From: Eledone cirrhosa
Lineage: Eukaryota
Direction: 5' to 3'
NCBI GenBank assembly: GCA_964016885.1
Contig: OZ024743.1
Coordinates: 38,936,001 to 39,000,000, forward strand
DNA: 64,000 nt
Shown here: positions 12,760 to 26,763 of the stretch, in pieces
How the letters are laid out: each line of letters starts with the position of its first letter
How positions within the stretch are numbered: the stretch's first letter is position 1
Position numbers and translations under genes: made by a program
The notes under the pieces: model-generated
The model's input: the letters and a program-made list of their open reading frames with translations, nothing else
Database searches by the model: none
Told to the model about the DNA's origin: nothing

Positions 12760-13695
12760 GTGTGCGTGGCTTTGACTGTGTGTGTATGTGTGTGTCTGTT
12801 TTTGTCTGTGTTTATGTTTACAGGTATATATCTGACGAATATAAAAATGTAGAGCAAAGTGGAAAAAAAATCTAGCTTCAATGAAATATTAAAAAATGTG
12901 AACATAAATTTGAGTGCCAAAAGTTTTCGAAATATAGACAATTAACTTAGTAATTGTACCAGCAACGAGGTACAAGTAGATGGCAATGAAATACTACAGG
13001 ACTTTACGGCTACGTAAACCATTAATCCAGCCACTTTTTGAGGCTACACTGATATCTCTCTGATAACGTACAGCTGTATCTACTTGAAAACATGAGAACT
13101 GGTCGAACGTTCATTTTCTTGTAGACATTTATATATCTATTTCATGTTTTGATATTTCATCAGATTATTTGTACAATCATTTGAGCACGCCGTGTGTTTA
13201 ATTGCGTTTCTGTTACGTAACATCCTATTTCATCTATTCCTGACTTACTACATTACTCATCATACATCTGTGAAATGTCGGGATGCCCGACGTTGAAATA
13301 ACAGGGATGAAATGTTTACAGTTATAAATGTATTGTCACATGAATCGTAAACAAAACGCACCACAAAGAAGATGTAGTAGAAGACCAGAATAAAAAGGGG
13401 GCACCAAATAGATTGAGAAGGACACATAAGCTGTGAGGAAAGAACTTTGACGAACGAATGAATAGGATAAAGTGAAAATAAGTTACTAGTAGTGTTTAAA
13501 ACTTAAAAAAGTCATCGCATTGCTCTAGGTTGATAGAAATAAATTGTTTCGGGACACAGTTCCAGGATGTAACGGAAGGCAGATGTAACTTGATAAGGGA
13601 CAATAAACCTGAAACAATTGTAGATTGGTCTTCTCTTTGATATCGCTGGAAGAAAAAGGATGTTACTCGCATTGTACACATTGCGTAATGAAGCC

Positions 13696-13726
<31 letters not shown>

Positions 13727-13760
13727 ATATGTATATATATATATATAATATATACCATGT

Positions 13761-13792
<32 letters not shown>

Positions 13793-13990
13793 ATATATAA
13801 ACACAATTTGTTTGGGCTCCAACTCTTTCGTTGTTAAAAAGTTGGAATTCTTATGTATTTAGTCTTGTACGCCTCATAATTTTAACGGTACTGCTGTGCT
13901 ATTAACAAATTGATATGATATGCTCACGTGCACATTTCCACAAATTTTAGAACAGTGCATGTGGAATGAAGATGAAGACTATCGGATATA

Positions 13991-14174
13991 ATAATTTTTT
14001 CTACTTTTAGCATAAGGCCAGCAATTATCTCAGTGCATTACTGGTACTTTATTTTATTGACCCCGTAAGGCAAAGTTAACCTCGATGGGATTTGAACTCA
14101 GACCATAAAGAGTCGTAACTCTTAGCTCCAAAGAATGGCGTCAGACCTTCTACCGATACTGCCAATCCACCGCC
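13991..14174 (-). mobile_element. tRNA-derived SINE
   Basis: Minus strand: A box TGGCAGTATCGG, B box GAGTTCAAATCC, core ...GGGGTCAATAAAATAAAAGTACCAG, AT-rich tail. Confidence 0.85.
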
Positions 14175-14469
14175 ATAAAAATGAATGTTTAACTAGATTG
14201 GGTAGAATATGTATAATAAAATATCATGCACGAGTATAACATATACACTAGGCAGGAACTGTATTTGATTGAGGAACGGAGAAGTAAAAAAAATAAACCT
14301 GATTTTCTAAAGTATCTAGACAGAGATAAATGTTAATAGGCTTACAGGTAAAAAAAAAATTCATTGATTTTTATGTAGTGTATTCAGTCCCGCCTGAAGC
14401 ATACCAATGGAGGGAATATGCAGTTCAATCCTAGTGGATTCATATATGTGAAAATGTATATAGGGTAGG

Positions 14470-14760
14470 TTTAATGAGGCTAAGAAGAATAGGCCTGATT
14501 AAGCAATTGGTTGGGTGTTGTAGCTGGTGGAATTGTTCCTAATTACGAACGTTTCGAATCATTCATACACAGGTATTATATGGAGAGCTTAGAAGCGAAG
14601 AACGTTGCGACAGAATCGACAAAATCGATAAGTGGATACTGACAAATGATTACAATAAGTGTAGGGATTTATATGGAATAAAACACTTTGCGTCCAGCTA
14701 AATACCTATCTTGATGAGATAGATACAACTTGTTTTCAAGTCAAAGTATACGATTCGGTG
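14470..14760 (+). mobile_element. Possible decayed RTE-type LINE ORF2 C-terminal fragment
   Basis: Reads QVLYGELRSEER, similar to the RTE 'QLLYGEL..G.R' motif; the rest is degraded. Confidence 0.3.
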
Positions 14761-15149
14761 GGATAAGTAACCATATATTATTGCCAAAATAATTGGAAAA
14801 TTATTAATACATATATGCTCGGCAATGATACGACAGGCCATTTCTATCGTTGCCTTGTACTAAAGGGGAAATTCTGAGAAATGTATTAGGACGGATTATA
14901 TATTTATTTCATTTTATTTTATATTTTGATTTCCATTGAAGTTCTAAGATTTGAGTTAGTTGAAAGCATACTATGATTAGAGAGGAGGTATGAATTCTCT
15001 TTTGGGCCGTCTGGACATACGTATATGCATGCAAAACTGCATACACACACATACATACACACACACACTCGTATATATACACACACTTCACGTAGACACA
15101 TACACATGCACTTAAATATATATATAGTGCAAATATATACGGGAATAAA

Positions 15150-15741
15150 ACAGAGAGGCAGACAAATAAAGGTTTATTAGGTCCTCGCTTTTGAGAGTGG
15201 GGCTTTTAGTACGACGTTTCGGGTATAAGCCCTTCTTCAGGATAAATAGGTTAGGAAGAGAGTTCCGAGGGTGTGTGGAAATTCATTTAGAAAAAAGGGA
15301 GAAGGAGAACAAATAATATAAAAATAAAAAGAACATAAGAATTAACAATAAGATGAGCAAGTGGTGGAAGGATGTGAGGCGTGTAAGGGTGGCGGCGGGT
15401 GTAGTTGGGCGAGGGAGGCGGGGGTCGAAGCGGGGAAGGCTGCAGGTGGTGTGTGTGTATGTGTGTAGGTGTACGTGAGTGTGTGCGTGTGTGTATGTGA
15501 GAAGAAGGACGAGGTTCCAGGTTCTGGATTCCGGGGGTTGAGAGTGTATATAAGTGGGGGTACGCCCGTGTGTGTCTGTGTTTATATGTGGTGTGGATGT
15601 GGGTGGCATGGATGTGGGTGACGTGGTGCTAAAAAAAATGTGAGTGTATGTTCGTGGGAAAGTTCTTGAGGTAGTTCCATCGAGTGTGAGGATAGATGCT
15701 TGCTATGGAGTGGATGGCTGGAGAAGTGTCCGATGGTTTGG

Positions 15742-15742
<1 letters not shown>
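15150..15742 (-). mobile_element. Probable Penelope-like 3'/pLTR fragment
   Basis: C/A-rich low-complexity tract, then a hammerhead core and AATAAA on the minus strand; bounded by (TA)n. Confidence 0.5.
15210..15244 (-). ncRNA. Minimal hammerhead ribozyme motif
   Basis: Minus: CTGAAGA-A-GGG(CTTATA)CCC-GAAA-CG-TC; helix I poor. Confidence 0.65.
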
Positions 15743-15793
<51 letters not shown>

Positions 15794-16097
15794 TATATAT
15801 ATATATATATATAAATTGTAATATAATGAAACAAAATTTCTTTTCTCAGTCTTAGTACGGCACTTACTTAAATGTAAGTATGTATGTATACGTACATACA
15901 TATATGTATACAGATGTTCGGTAGCATGCGTATATATATATATACATACAGGTACACATATATATATGTACGTATCAGTTTAGCGGACGTTTATTATAAC
16001 GCCCGCTTTGTTCGTTTGTAAACAAGCGGATAGCCTGATTTATGCTGTACGGTGTTAAGGCAACCACGTCACCTTTTTGTTCAACACTGACACAGGA

Positions 16098-16140
16098 ACG
16101 ATGTACTAGTTTCAAGCTTCTTAGCTATCATCAGCACCGT
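16098..16140 (-). ncRNA. Type I hammerhead ribozyme, copy A
   Basis: Minus: acggtg-CTGATGA-tAGCT(aaga)AGCTt-GAAA-CTAG-TA-catcgt. Confidence 0.8.
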
Positions 16141-16377
16141 ATACCCTTCTGCCAGATGGTTGAACGTTCGAAAGTATATACTTTCCTTATGAAAATTAAC
16201 GGCTGAGCAGCCTAATTTGTATATCGAGTGAGTTCAGTCGGCCAGGCGTACCGAAACTATAAGTTGTAATATAATGAAACGGAATTTCATTCCTCACTCT
16301 TAGTACGGCACTTACTTAAATGTAAGTATGTATGTATACGTACATACATATATGTATACAGACGTACAGTAGCATGC

Positions 16378-16520
<143 letters not shown>

Positions 16521-16675
16521 TACATACAGGTACACATATATATATGTACGTATCAGTTTAGCGGATGTTTATTATTACGCCCGCTTTGTCCGTTTGTAAA
16601 CAAGCGGAGAGCCTGATTTATGCCGTACGGTGTTAAGGCAACCACGTCACCTTTTTGTTCAACACTGACACAGGA

Positions 16676-16718
16676 ACGATGTACTAGTTTCAAGCTTCTT
16701 AGCTATCATCAGCATCGT
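16676..16718 (-). ncRNA. Type I hammerhead ribozyme, copy B
   Basis: Minus: acgatg-CTGATGA-tAGCT(aaga)AGCTt-GAAA-CTAG-TA-catcgt; perfect 6-bp proximal helix I. Confidence 0.82.
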
Positions 16719-16820
16719 ATACCCTTCTGCCAGATACGTACTGATACGTACATATATATATATGTGTACCTGTATGTATATATGTATATATATATATATA
16801 TGTATATATATGTATATATG

Positions 16821-16902
<82 letters not shown>

Positions 16903-17137
16903 TGCTACTGTACGTCTGTATACATATATGTATGTAAGTATACATACATACTTACATTTAAGTAAGAGCCGTACTAAGAGGGAGAAATGAAATTTCGTTT
17001 CATTATATTACAACTTATCGTTTTCGGTACGCCTGGCCGACTGAACTAATTCGATATGCAAATCAGGGTGCTCAGCCGTTAATTTTCATAAGGGAAGTAT
17101 ATACTTTCGAACGTTCAACGATCTGGCAGAAGGGTAT

Positions 17138-17180
17138 ACGGAGCTGATGATAGCTAAGAAGCTTGAAACTAGTACATCGT
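17138..17180 (+). ncRNA. Type I hammerhead ribozyme, copy C
   Basis: acggag-CTGATGA-tAGCT(aaga)AGCTt-GAAA-CTAG-TA-catcgt; one helix I mismatch. Confidence 0.78.
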
Positions 17181-17347
17181 TCATGTGTCAGTGTTGAACA
17201 AAAAGGTGTCATGGTTGTCTTAACACCGTACGGCATAAATCAGGCTGTCCGCTTGTTTACAAACGGACAAAGCGGGCGTTATAATAAACGTCTGCTAAAC
17301 TGATACGTACATATATATATATGTAACTCTGTATGTATATATATATA

Positions 17348-17401
<54 letters not shown>

Positions 17402-17758
17402 TGCTACTGTACGTCTGTATACATATATGTATGTACGTATACATACATACTTACATATATATATATACATATATATTTATATAATAAAAAAGAAGATTTG
17501 TTATGTGTTCATTACTTTTATTGATCGGCTCAAGATACGATCTTTATACATCTGTTGTGACAATGACAGAATGAGCTTTTGATTCCAGTGTCCGGCCAGA
17601 GAGATACAGATCGAACCTTGAGGTCAAATCGAAACGTGCATCAGTACTCAATAAATGTAATAAAGACATAATAAATCGTCCTTTTTATTATTACTATTAA
17701 ACTCTGCTTAGTACTATAGCACTATACTTATTGGAAACGCATCGAGTGCTCACTCTGG

Positions 17759-17823
<65 letters not shown>

Positions 17824-17976
17824 AGAGCGAGAGAGAGAGTGTGTGTGTGAGAGAGAGCGAGAGCGAGAGAGAGATGGGTGACATAGATATATAGATACGG
17901 AGAGAGATAAACTTAGAGGCAGAGAGATAGAAAGATATATTATTGTATGGATGTAAACACATTAATAGATATATAT

Positions 17977-18104
17977 TCCAAAATATAATGTGATAAATCA
18001 TGTCTATCCATCTAACTATCTGCTAATCTATAGTTATAAACGAAGAACTAGAGATAGGAAGACAGTTAGATGGATAGACACAAATTATCACATCATATTT
18101 TGGA
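17977..18104. repeat. Short inverted repeat (~45-bp arms)
   Basis: tccaaaatataatgtgataa...tgtctatccatctaact vs agttagatggatagaca...ttatcacatcatattttgga. Confidence 0.8.
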
Positions 18105-18248
18105 TAGTTGATTACTAAATATAGACTCAATGGAATTGAAAACAACTGTAATCTTTATTTTCACTTTTAAATTACAGAAGCCTCAGTTGAAATTATACTT
18201 TATTGTTGAGGTCTTTCCCCTGCTGTAATTTCTTTGTGATTATTGTAA

Positions 18249-18698
18249 ATAATTGTTTCTACATTTGGCACAAGGCCAGCAATTATTCCAGTGTATTAGT
18301 GGTACTTTATTTTGTCGACCCGATAAGGATGAAAGGCAAAGTTAACCTCGGCCGGATTTGAACTTAGATCATAAAGGGCAGCAACTCTATGCTGCAAAGC
18401 ATGGCGTCCGACCCTCTACCGATACTGCCAATCCACCGCCCCAGATTATGTGTAAATAATTGTTTCTACTTTAGGCACAAGGCCAGCAATTAACCAGTAC
18501 ATTACTGGTACTTTATTTTATCGACCCCTAAGGATGAAAGGCAAATTTGACCTCGGCTGGATTTGAACTCAGACTGTAAAGGGACGTAACTGTGCTAGAA
18601 AGCATGGCGTCCAACCCTAATAATTGTTTCTACGTTAGGCACAAGGCCAGCAATTACCCAGTGCATTACTGGTACTTTTATTTAGGCGTCCAACCCTA
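18249..18698 (-). mobile_element. Cluster of three SINE copies (one full-length, one 5'-truncated, one internally deleted)
   Basis: The tail-side motif aattgtttctac..ggcacaaggccagcaatt occurs at ~18251, 18458 and 18622. Confidence 0.88.
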
Positions 18699-19026
18699 AT
18701 AATGATGAAAAATATGTAGTATACTGTCATTTAGCTTAATGTGTAGTATAGTAGAGGGTTGAATTTGATTTATTATTAATGTACTAAATTTCATGTAAAG
18801 TGAAATACAACTAAATAATTTGTACGTTGTCTCGGAACTACGCAAACTGCAATGCTAAGAACATATTTCTATAAGATCATGAATGGAAGCACGCATTGAT
18901 TTATAGCACTACATCTTATAATAAAATGTTTGACAAAATTTGTTAGTGTCAACGATAAGTCACTCGCATACGCTCATGTCTACAAAACTTCACGTGCAAT
19001 TACAAGTGATTCAAATATATGTATTA

Positions 19027-19934
<908 letters not shown>

Positions 19935-21902
19935 ATATATATATATACTGATCGATACATCAAATATTAATCACGTTGTCTGGCAAATACCCAGTCTGTC
20001 AGGAGTGGTAGGTATATATATCATTACATGAGGACCTCAAGCCAGCTCTGCTAAGTGTATTTGTTTTTCAAAGAAGAAAATGCATCAGAAAGTATGGCAC
20101 AGACATCGTGTGTGTGTGAGATGTGTATGTGTTTCTGTGTTTATTTCCGTATAAACTTCTGGTTCATCAGAAGGGGCCAGGAAAATTAGGTATGAATTCG
20201 ATATGATCGAATATATGAACGTCGTAACTCTGCATGTTCGACGCTCAGTGACCAAAACCTGTAATAATACAAATAATGATATTTATTTTCTTGGTTTAGT
20301 ATTTTAAATTGAGTCTGGCAAACCCTATTGATCGTCGTTAGTATTTTTGTCAGCCTAATGAATATGGTCCCTTACGATTTGAACACATATATTTATATAT
20401 CTCTCTTCTATATTCAATTATATTATATGGCCCGGAAAAATCTCTTTCCTTGAGCTATTTAATTGTAAGAGACTATTTAGAGTTTCTAACTGAATATATA
20501 CCTTTGATATGTTCGACTCTTTCAATTTGTAGAGCTAATTTAAATGTCGAGTAAATTTGGCTGCTACTTTTAGTAGACAGGTTAGGTCCTGATTCCAAGC
20601 GCACTATTCAGTCTTCTGAGATACTTCGAAATGAAAGGTTTACTAATGTTACACCACTGATGATCATAAGAATGGTAATTTCCTACACTATAATTGCGAA
20701 TCAGCATTACCAAAGCTGTCTGTGTGTCTGGCAGTTGCCTCAATATCGGTTCGTATTTTCTGATCCCTTATAATTTAAACACATATATGTATATATCTGT
20801 GTTTATCTCTCTTTTATATATATATATATATATATATTTTATAATATATATATATATATATATCATCTTATTAGTTTGACGTTTGGAATTGAATAGAAAT
20901 AAATAAATAAATTAATGTTTCAACGATTCAGACATAAGTTCTTTATCAAAAAGAACGTAATTTGGAGAAAAGGGATGTTGAAAAACGGAGCTTGAAAAGA
21001 GGAAATAAAAAAACAACGAGTGGAGCTTGAATTTTTAAGATGTTCATGGTGGTGTTGACTGCGACAAATATGATCAGAATAATAAATAGAACGTTGTGTT
21101 CCAGCAATAGGGGACAATATTGATGAAGAGCACGATGATGAATATACTGATGAAAAGAATGATGTTGCTAATGAGGGATTTAAATATGAAATCAATAATA
21201 AGGTGCCACCCATATTTAAAGGGATATATGTATATATATATACTGTATGAGTCAGGTGGCTCTCCAGTGCTACTGGTAACATGTAACCCAGTATAACCTC
21301 GCTCATAGCCGGGGTATTCGCCGACTTGACCGGCAACCCCTCCAAGCTGGTTTCGTGAGGAGTGTGATATATGGACAGACTGCGGGATGAAATACAAGAC
21401 CCGGAAAAGGGCGGAGGAACTCTTCAGAGTCAACAGCCGTCCAAATAGTATTTTTCTTTTGTGGAGAGGCATAAAAAACTGAGGGTTGTCGTTGCATTTT
21501 CTGTGGCAAACATTTGCACCGGAGATATGTGTGGTCAGTTCCAAAAAGTGTGGTTGGTCATATAACAAGCCTTTACCACTTAAAACTTTGTGTGGATAGT
21601 TCAAAATCAATTCACATGTAACTCATACGTCGGATATCGACGCTAGAGTCCATCATATATGTACACACACACGCACACACACACACACACACATACATAT
21701 ATATAGAGAGAGATAGAGAGAGAGAGTGACAGAGAGAGTGTGAGAGAGAGAAATAAATGTAATATATACATGGACGCCAGTCCATTTTCGTAAGATACAA
21801 TGAGAAATAGAAATTGTTAGACAGACAAGATTAAGAAAAGTATGAAACTTTGGTTTTTCCTTACGTGTAAACCACCTGTGAATTTATTTATTTTTTTTAT
21901 AA

Positions 21903-21935
<33 letters not shown>

Positions 21936-24149
21936 TGTACGTGAGTGTGTATGCATGTGTGTGTGTCTGTATATGCGTGTGTGTGCACGAATGTTTTTCT
22001 GCATCAATAATAATCAATAGCAATGTATGCATCCTTTTGCCTATATGCGAATGCAGTGCACTTTATATAACATCTATTCAGTGCCATACATTTTGATTCA
22101 CATATAAAACAGAATATGATTAGATTATAATTATCTATGTATTATTTGTAAATATTTCCTTGTATCCATGCTCTCTTTGCTATTGTTTTCCTGTTAGAAT
22201 AATAATAATGGTAGGCAGTTTGTTGTTTCTCCACTTTGATATCCATGTTATGAAGCTTTTTTATTGTGAGAAACCTCGGGAGACTCAGCTGGCATCGATG
22301 TAGTGTTCCATTTTAGATTCCATCGCTCTCATGCGTTTTAGTGAAGCAGCCCTTGTGGAAAGATACTTGAAGGAAATATACATTTTACCGAGATTAATAT
22401 TGCTTTATAGAAACGTAAAAAAAAGCAAAACAAAACAAATAATAAAACGAACTTAATACAAAGCAACATGCAAAAGAAGGAATATAAAAACGAATAATGT
22501 TGCATGGTTTGTTCTGTGGCGTTTTCTCATACGGTAAGTTCATAGGATGCAATACGCTTAATATTTAGGAACATGCCTTATCTCCACATGAAATTGGAAA
22601 AGTATTTTTTTTAGTTTTCCCATTATTTTTATTTATGTTATCCAAATATGCACAGGTGTCATTGTTTTTCTTATGATTATATGCGCATCATCAGAACAAC
22701 ATTTTGTTCTCATATAAAATCATTATTTGATGCTTTAGTCCATATACGCACGCAAGCTAGAGGAATTCAAATTTACACTTGAAAAATATTATGGAGTCAC
22801 TTTTCTTGAAGTGAATGTATTCAAAATTTGTAAAAAATATTAAAATGTGATACTTTTTCAAAACAAGTAAAAATCCTAAAATTTTACTGGAACTGAATCA
22901 TGTGTGCAGCAAAGCAAACACAAATAATAAGGATTGTTTCTAAATTTGACACAAGATCTGCCATTTGAACGGAAGGGAAAAGCCAATTAAATCGACATCA
23001 GTGGTTTATGTATACATTAAGCTATCTATGGTGGGATTTGAACAGAGAACATATATATCCATATCTATACGCCTCACATGTCCTACAGATAATGCTAATC
23101 CAACAACAATAATAATAATGGTTATATGATAATGATTGTAATGAAATTAGTAATAATATTAATAATAATGATATTACAGCCGACAATCATAGAACTAATA
23201 TTACAAACAGCAGCAATAATAATAAAAGTGATATTCATATTTGTAATAATGATGATAATCGCAATATTTTCCTTTACTCTTTTACCTCTTACAGACAGCC
23301 AACTGAGGCCATTATAGTTATACATTTAGAGGATGATAAGTTTTGGGGTCGTTACATCTTTGCATCTTACCGGCAACATTACAGACGGTTGGTTACACAC
23401 AGGATGAGACATGGAATATTGAAGTCATCGAAAAGAGATAAAAGAACGATTGCTTATCAGGCTTAGGGATTGTGTTACTTTTTTGTGTCTAAACTTGTTT
23501 ATATTTATATTTATTTGGGAACAAATCTAGATTCTGGAGGGGGAGTTGATGTACACCACTGGGTTACAAGAATATACCCACCCCTATTTACCTGCGAAGT
23601 GATCTCCAAATTATTGAATCGCCAATCATCTATTTAACTACAAATTCATATATATATATGATAAAGAGAAAAAACGAACAGTTAGCATGGATGCTTTAAT
23701 TGGATAGTAGCACATGTAGTACAGAGATATTCTATAACACGAATTCTACATGAACAGGCATTCAGTGTCGAAGTAGGACAATCTAAGCTTTAAGTAAACA
23801 ACAGTGCAACGCACTTTTCTTATCATTCTACACCATCTGGGGTGATGGGCGATACAGATTATATAAAGTATACTGAATCAGGATATAGTATGACTCAGCA
23901 ATATAATGTGATATTTAACTCTAATTTATGTATTCTGGAAATATAAAGAAATATAATAAAATAGTTGAAAAAAGGGAAATTTACATATACTGGATATTAA
24001 TAGAAAATGCAAATACACGAGTAGAAAGTTGGTATATAAATATAATTTAGTCATATATGCAGTAACCGGGAACAGAAATAATGATAAATGTATGCAGTAA
24101 TAATGGCCAGAATAATCTTTTAATGAATGAAATATAAAAACTATGAGTA

Positions 24150-24760
24150 CAAATATAATAATACAATAAAGGTTTGCAAAGTTGTACTAATATTAAAATG
24201 AAGGTGAAACATAAAAAAAGATATCGGCAAAGTGGTCTTATACTAAGAGAATTCATGAAAAAAAAAAGCAAACCTTCCAAAGAAAACCTCGAGGTAATCA
24301 ATGAGAAGGCAAAGTGAATAGTGACTATACTTAGCATTCAGCATAGGACGTGGGTATAATAACCTAGGGAACCAATGATTATCCCCATAGCCCCTTACAA
24401 ATCCAAATTAAGATTAATTAGTGAATATAGCCTTGATATGAGTTCAACGTCGCTGAAGATTTTAATTACAAAATTGGTCCGAAATAAGTGACGCCATTAG
24501 GCAGGTTAAAGCCCCTACATGATAGGATTGGGACTAGTTATAAACAACTTGACATTGACAATTACAACTCCTCCATCACATGCATACCAAAGATCTAATA
24601 TATGCCCAGAAAAAAACCCGTTAACCTATCCCGCGAAGAAGCACTGCCCATACGAAAGCATTAATCCGTTTTGACGGAGTTCTTTAAACATGAAAGGACA
24701 AACTGATAAACCAGATTATTTATCATTAACAACTTCAAGAAGACACTCCCATCATCGCCA
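24150..24760 (+). mobile_element. Possible decayed Penelope-like RT fragment
   Basis: Remnant peptides PKLRLI, QLDIDNYNSSI (cf. FDIxxFYPSI), RKALIRFDG. Confidence 0.3.
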
Positions 24761-26409
24761 ATGGGAAGACAGAGATAGAAAAGGTGATTAATCGATATTG
24801 CAATCACACATTTAGAAATATCTACCATTCGGGCAAACAATTACAGAAGTTCTAGTGTGTTGGATGTTTTTTTTTATTATCCAAATAGAAAGGGATAAAT
24901 GCATACATATGCAAGCACAACTGTTTATATATATAAAGAAAATATGTTTTGAAACAGCTAGCGAGCGTGAAAAGAGAAACAGTAGCTTTCGTGTTATTTT
25001 ATCTTGGTAGGGGGATTTAGAACACTATAAGAAATGGAAAGAGATGGTTATTGGCGTAAACACACATACGCACACACAGTCACACAAACACACACACACA
25101 CATATATATACATATATATATATATATATATTAATTACATAATAAATAGCACGATATAATTATTCCACTACCAAAAGTTTACGGAAACTAGACGATCCTT
25201 ATTATATTGTGTTGTTTATTACATAATTAAGCAAGTTCGCGGTAATTCCTATGCATGTTAAATTTGGAGTAATAATAGTGAAATAATGAAGAGTAACATG
25301 GTTGGCTGTACAAATTAATATAGTTGGCCGTTAATATTCTAAAATATTTAATCTAAGTTACTTCAGAGTAGTGAATATTATTTTAGGTTTTAAAAGTTAA
25401 TAGGTATTTTTCTTAATATTATAATTATGTTTAATTTTTATATTCAAATTTTATGAAAACAAATTTAAAGGATTTGCGAAACACGAGAAAGAAAATATAT
25501 AATGCTTTTATACCCTCACGAAGGTAATCTTTACCAAAATTATTTATAATATTGACAACAGTTTATATAATACAATTCATAAAATAAACTTTTACTCTCT
25601 CGCTCACCCGAGGCAGCCCCTCGGTCCTTTGTAGCCTCAGTACACCCACCCCCTTCCCCTATTCTATGATAAATTTGGCCGACCCCGCTTTTTATAGCAG
25701 AAGTGTTAGACCCCGGATACATGCCTTCTTATCCGATCGCTGCCCCTTTTCCGTGCTTTCTATATTTCTTAGTGGTATCTTTGATTTAATTTCTCGTATA
25801 TCAGTATTTTTTTAGGGGGGGGGGGGATTCTGAATTAATTTTCCGTATTAAATTTTCCATATACTTCGTACGAGCATTTTTGTAGTTTGCACTAGAATAT
25901 TTGTATCGTGGCGGCAACCTTAGAGATAGTATTAGTATTCTTTTTCGGGATTCTGAATTATTATTCCGTATTAGTTTGGTTTTTTTTTGCACTGGGTGGT
26001 TGCTGGCCTTGTGCCTGCGGTAGAAACCTTTATTTCGTACTGGTCTCGGGACTCTGAATTATTATTTCGTGGTAGTTTCTTTAGTATTTTGGCCCCCCCA
26101 CTTGTTGACCCGTCACCGTCAGATATACTCGGTTTATTACTTATACCTCTTAAAAGGGTCTCATTATAATTCCGTCCCACCTAATAAACCTTTCTTTAGT
26201 CTAGCAGTACGAGTGAGAGACTTGATAGCTGTCTTTAGGTCGTAGTAACCAGAAATTGTTTATTTTTTTAACATTTATGTGCTCTTTAACACTCTCCGTA
26301 TTTTTCTATATATTTACCCCATATATTTTACTTATTGTTTCGATTTCCTACCCCTCCCTCTCCCTAGTATCTTATTTTACCTCCTGCCCAGCTGTAGTCG
26401 GCACTATCA

Positions 26410-26672
26410 ATGCACGAATGGGTCTCCTCCACCCCTCTCCCCCTTTGTTCTACTGGCAGGTTCAACTACCCCTTCCCTCCACAAATTGCCATGATAGAAT
26501 TATTATGTCTCAACAACAAACTTTTGACCAAACCTTGCGACAATCTCTTTTACCATATATGGAATTACCCCCTGAGAAGCTCGGCTATTCAAATACCAGG
26601 ATAAAAAGGTTCATTTAGTCCAGAATTAGCCGTCGAAACGATTTGAGCTCAGCCGTCGGGGTCCTACTCGTT

Positions 26673-26674
<2 letters not shown>
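26410..26674 (-). repeat. Interspersed repeat family X (also 38478-38585 and 43722-43985 on +)
   Basis: Shared gaccccgac..gagctc..tttcgacggcta.ttctg...cctggta...tagccga...ggggta.ttcc.tatatgg. Confidence 0.7.

Positions 26675-26763
<89 letters not shown>

Noticed and set aside
20130-20180. CTGATGA...GAAA on minus
   Set aside because: No convincing helix I, II or III
20920-21210. Acidic coding-like stretch (EEHDDEYTDEKND)
   Set aside because: Stops in all plausible frames; no assignable family
23100-23260. Hydrophobic ORFs
   Set aside because: Degenerate (AAT)n microsatellite
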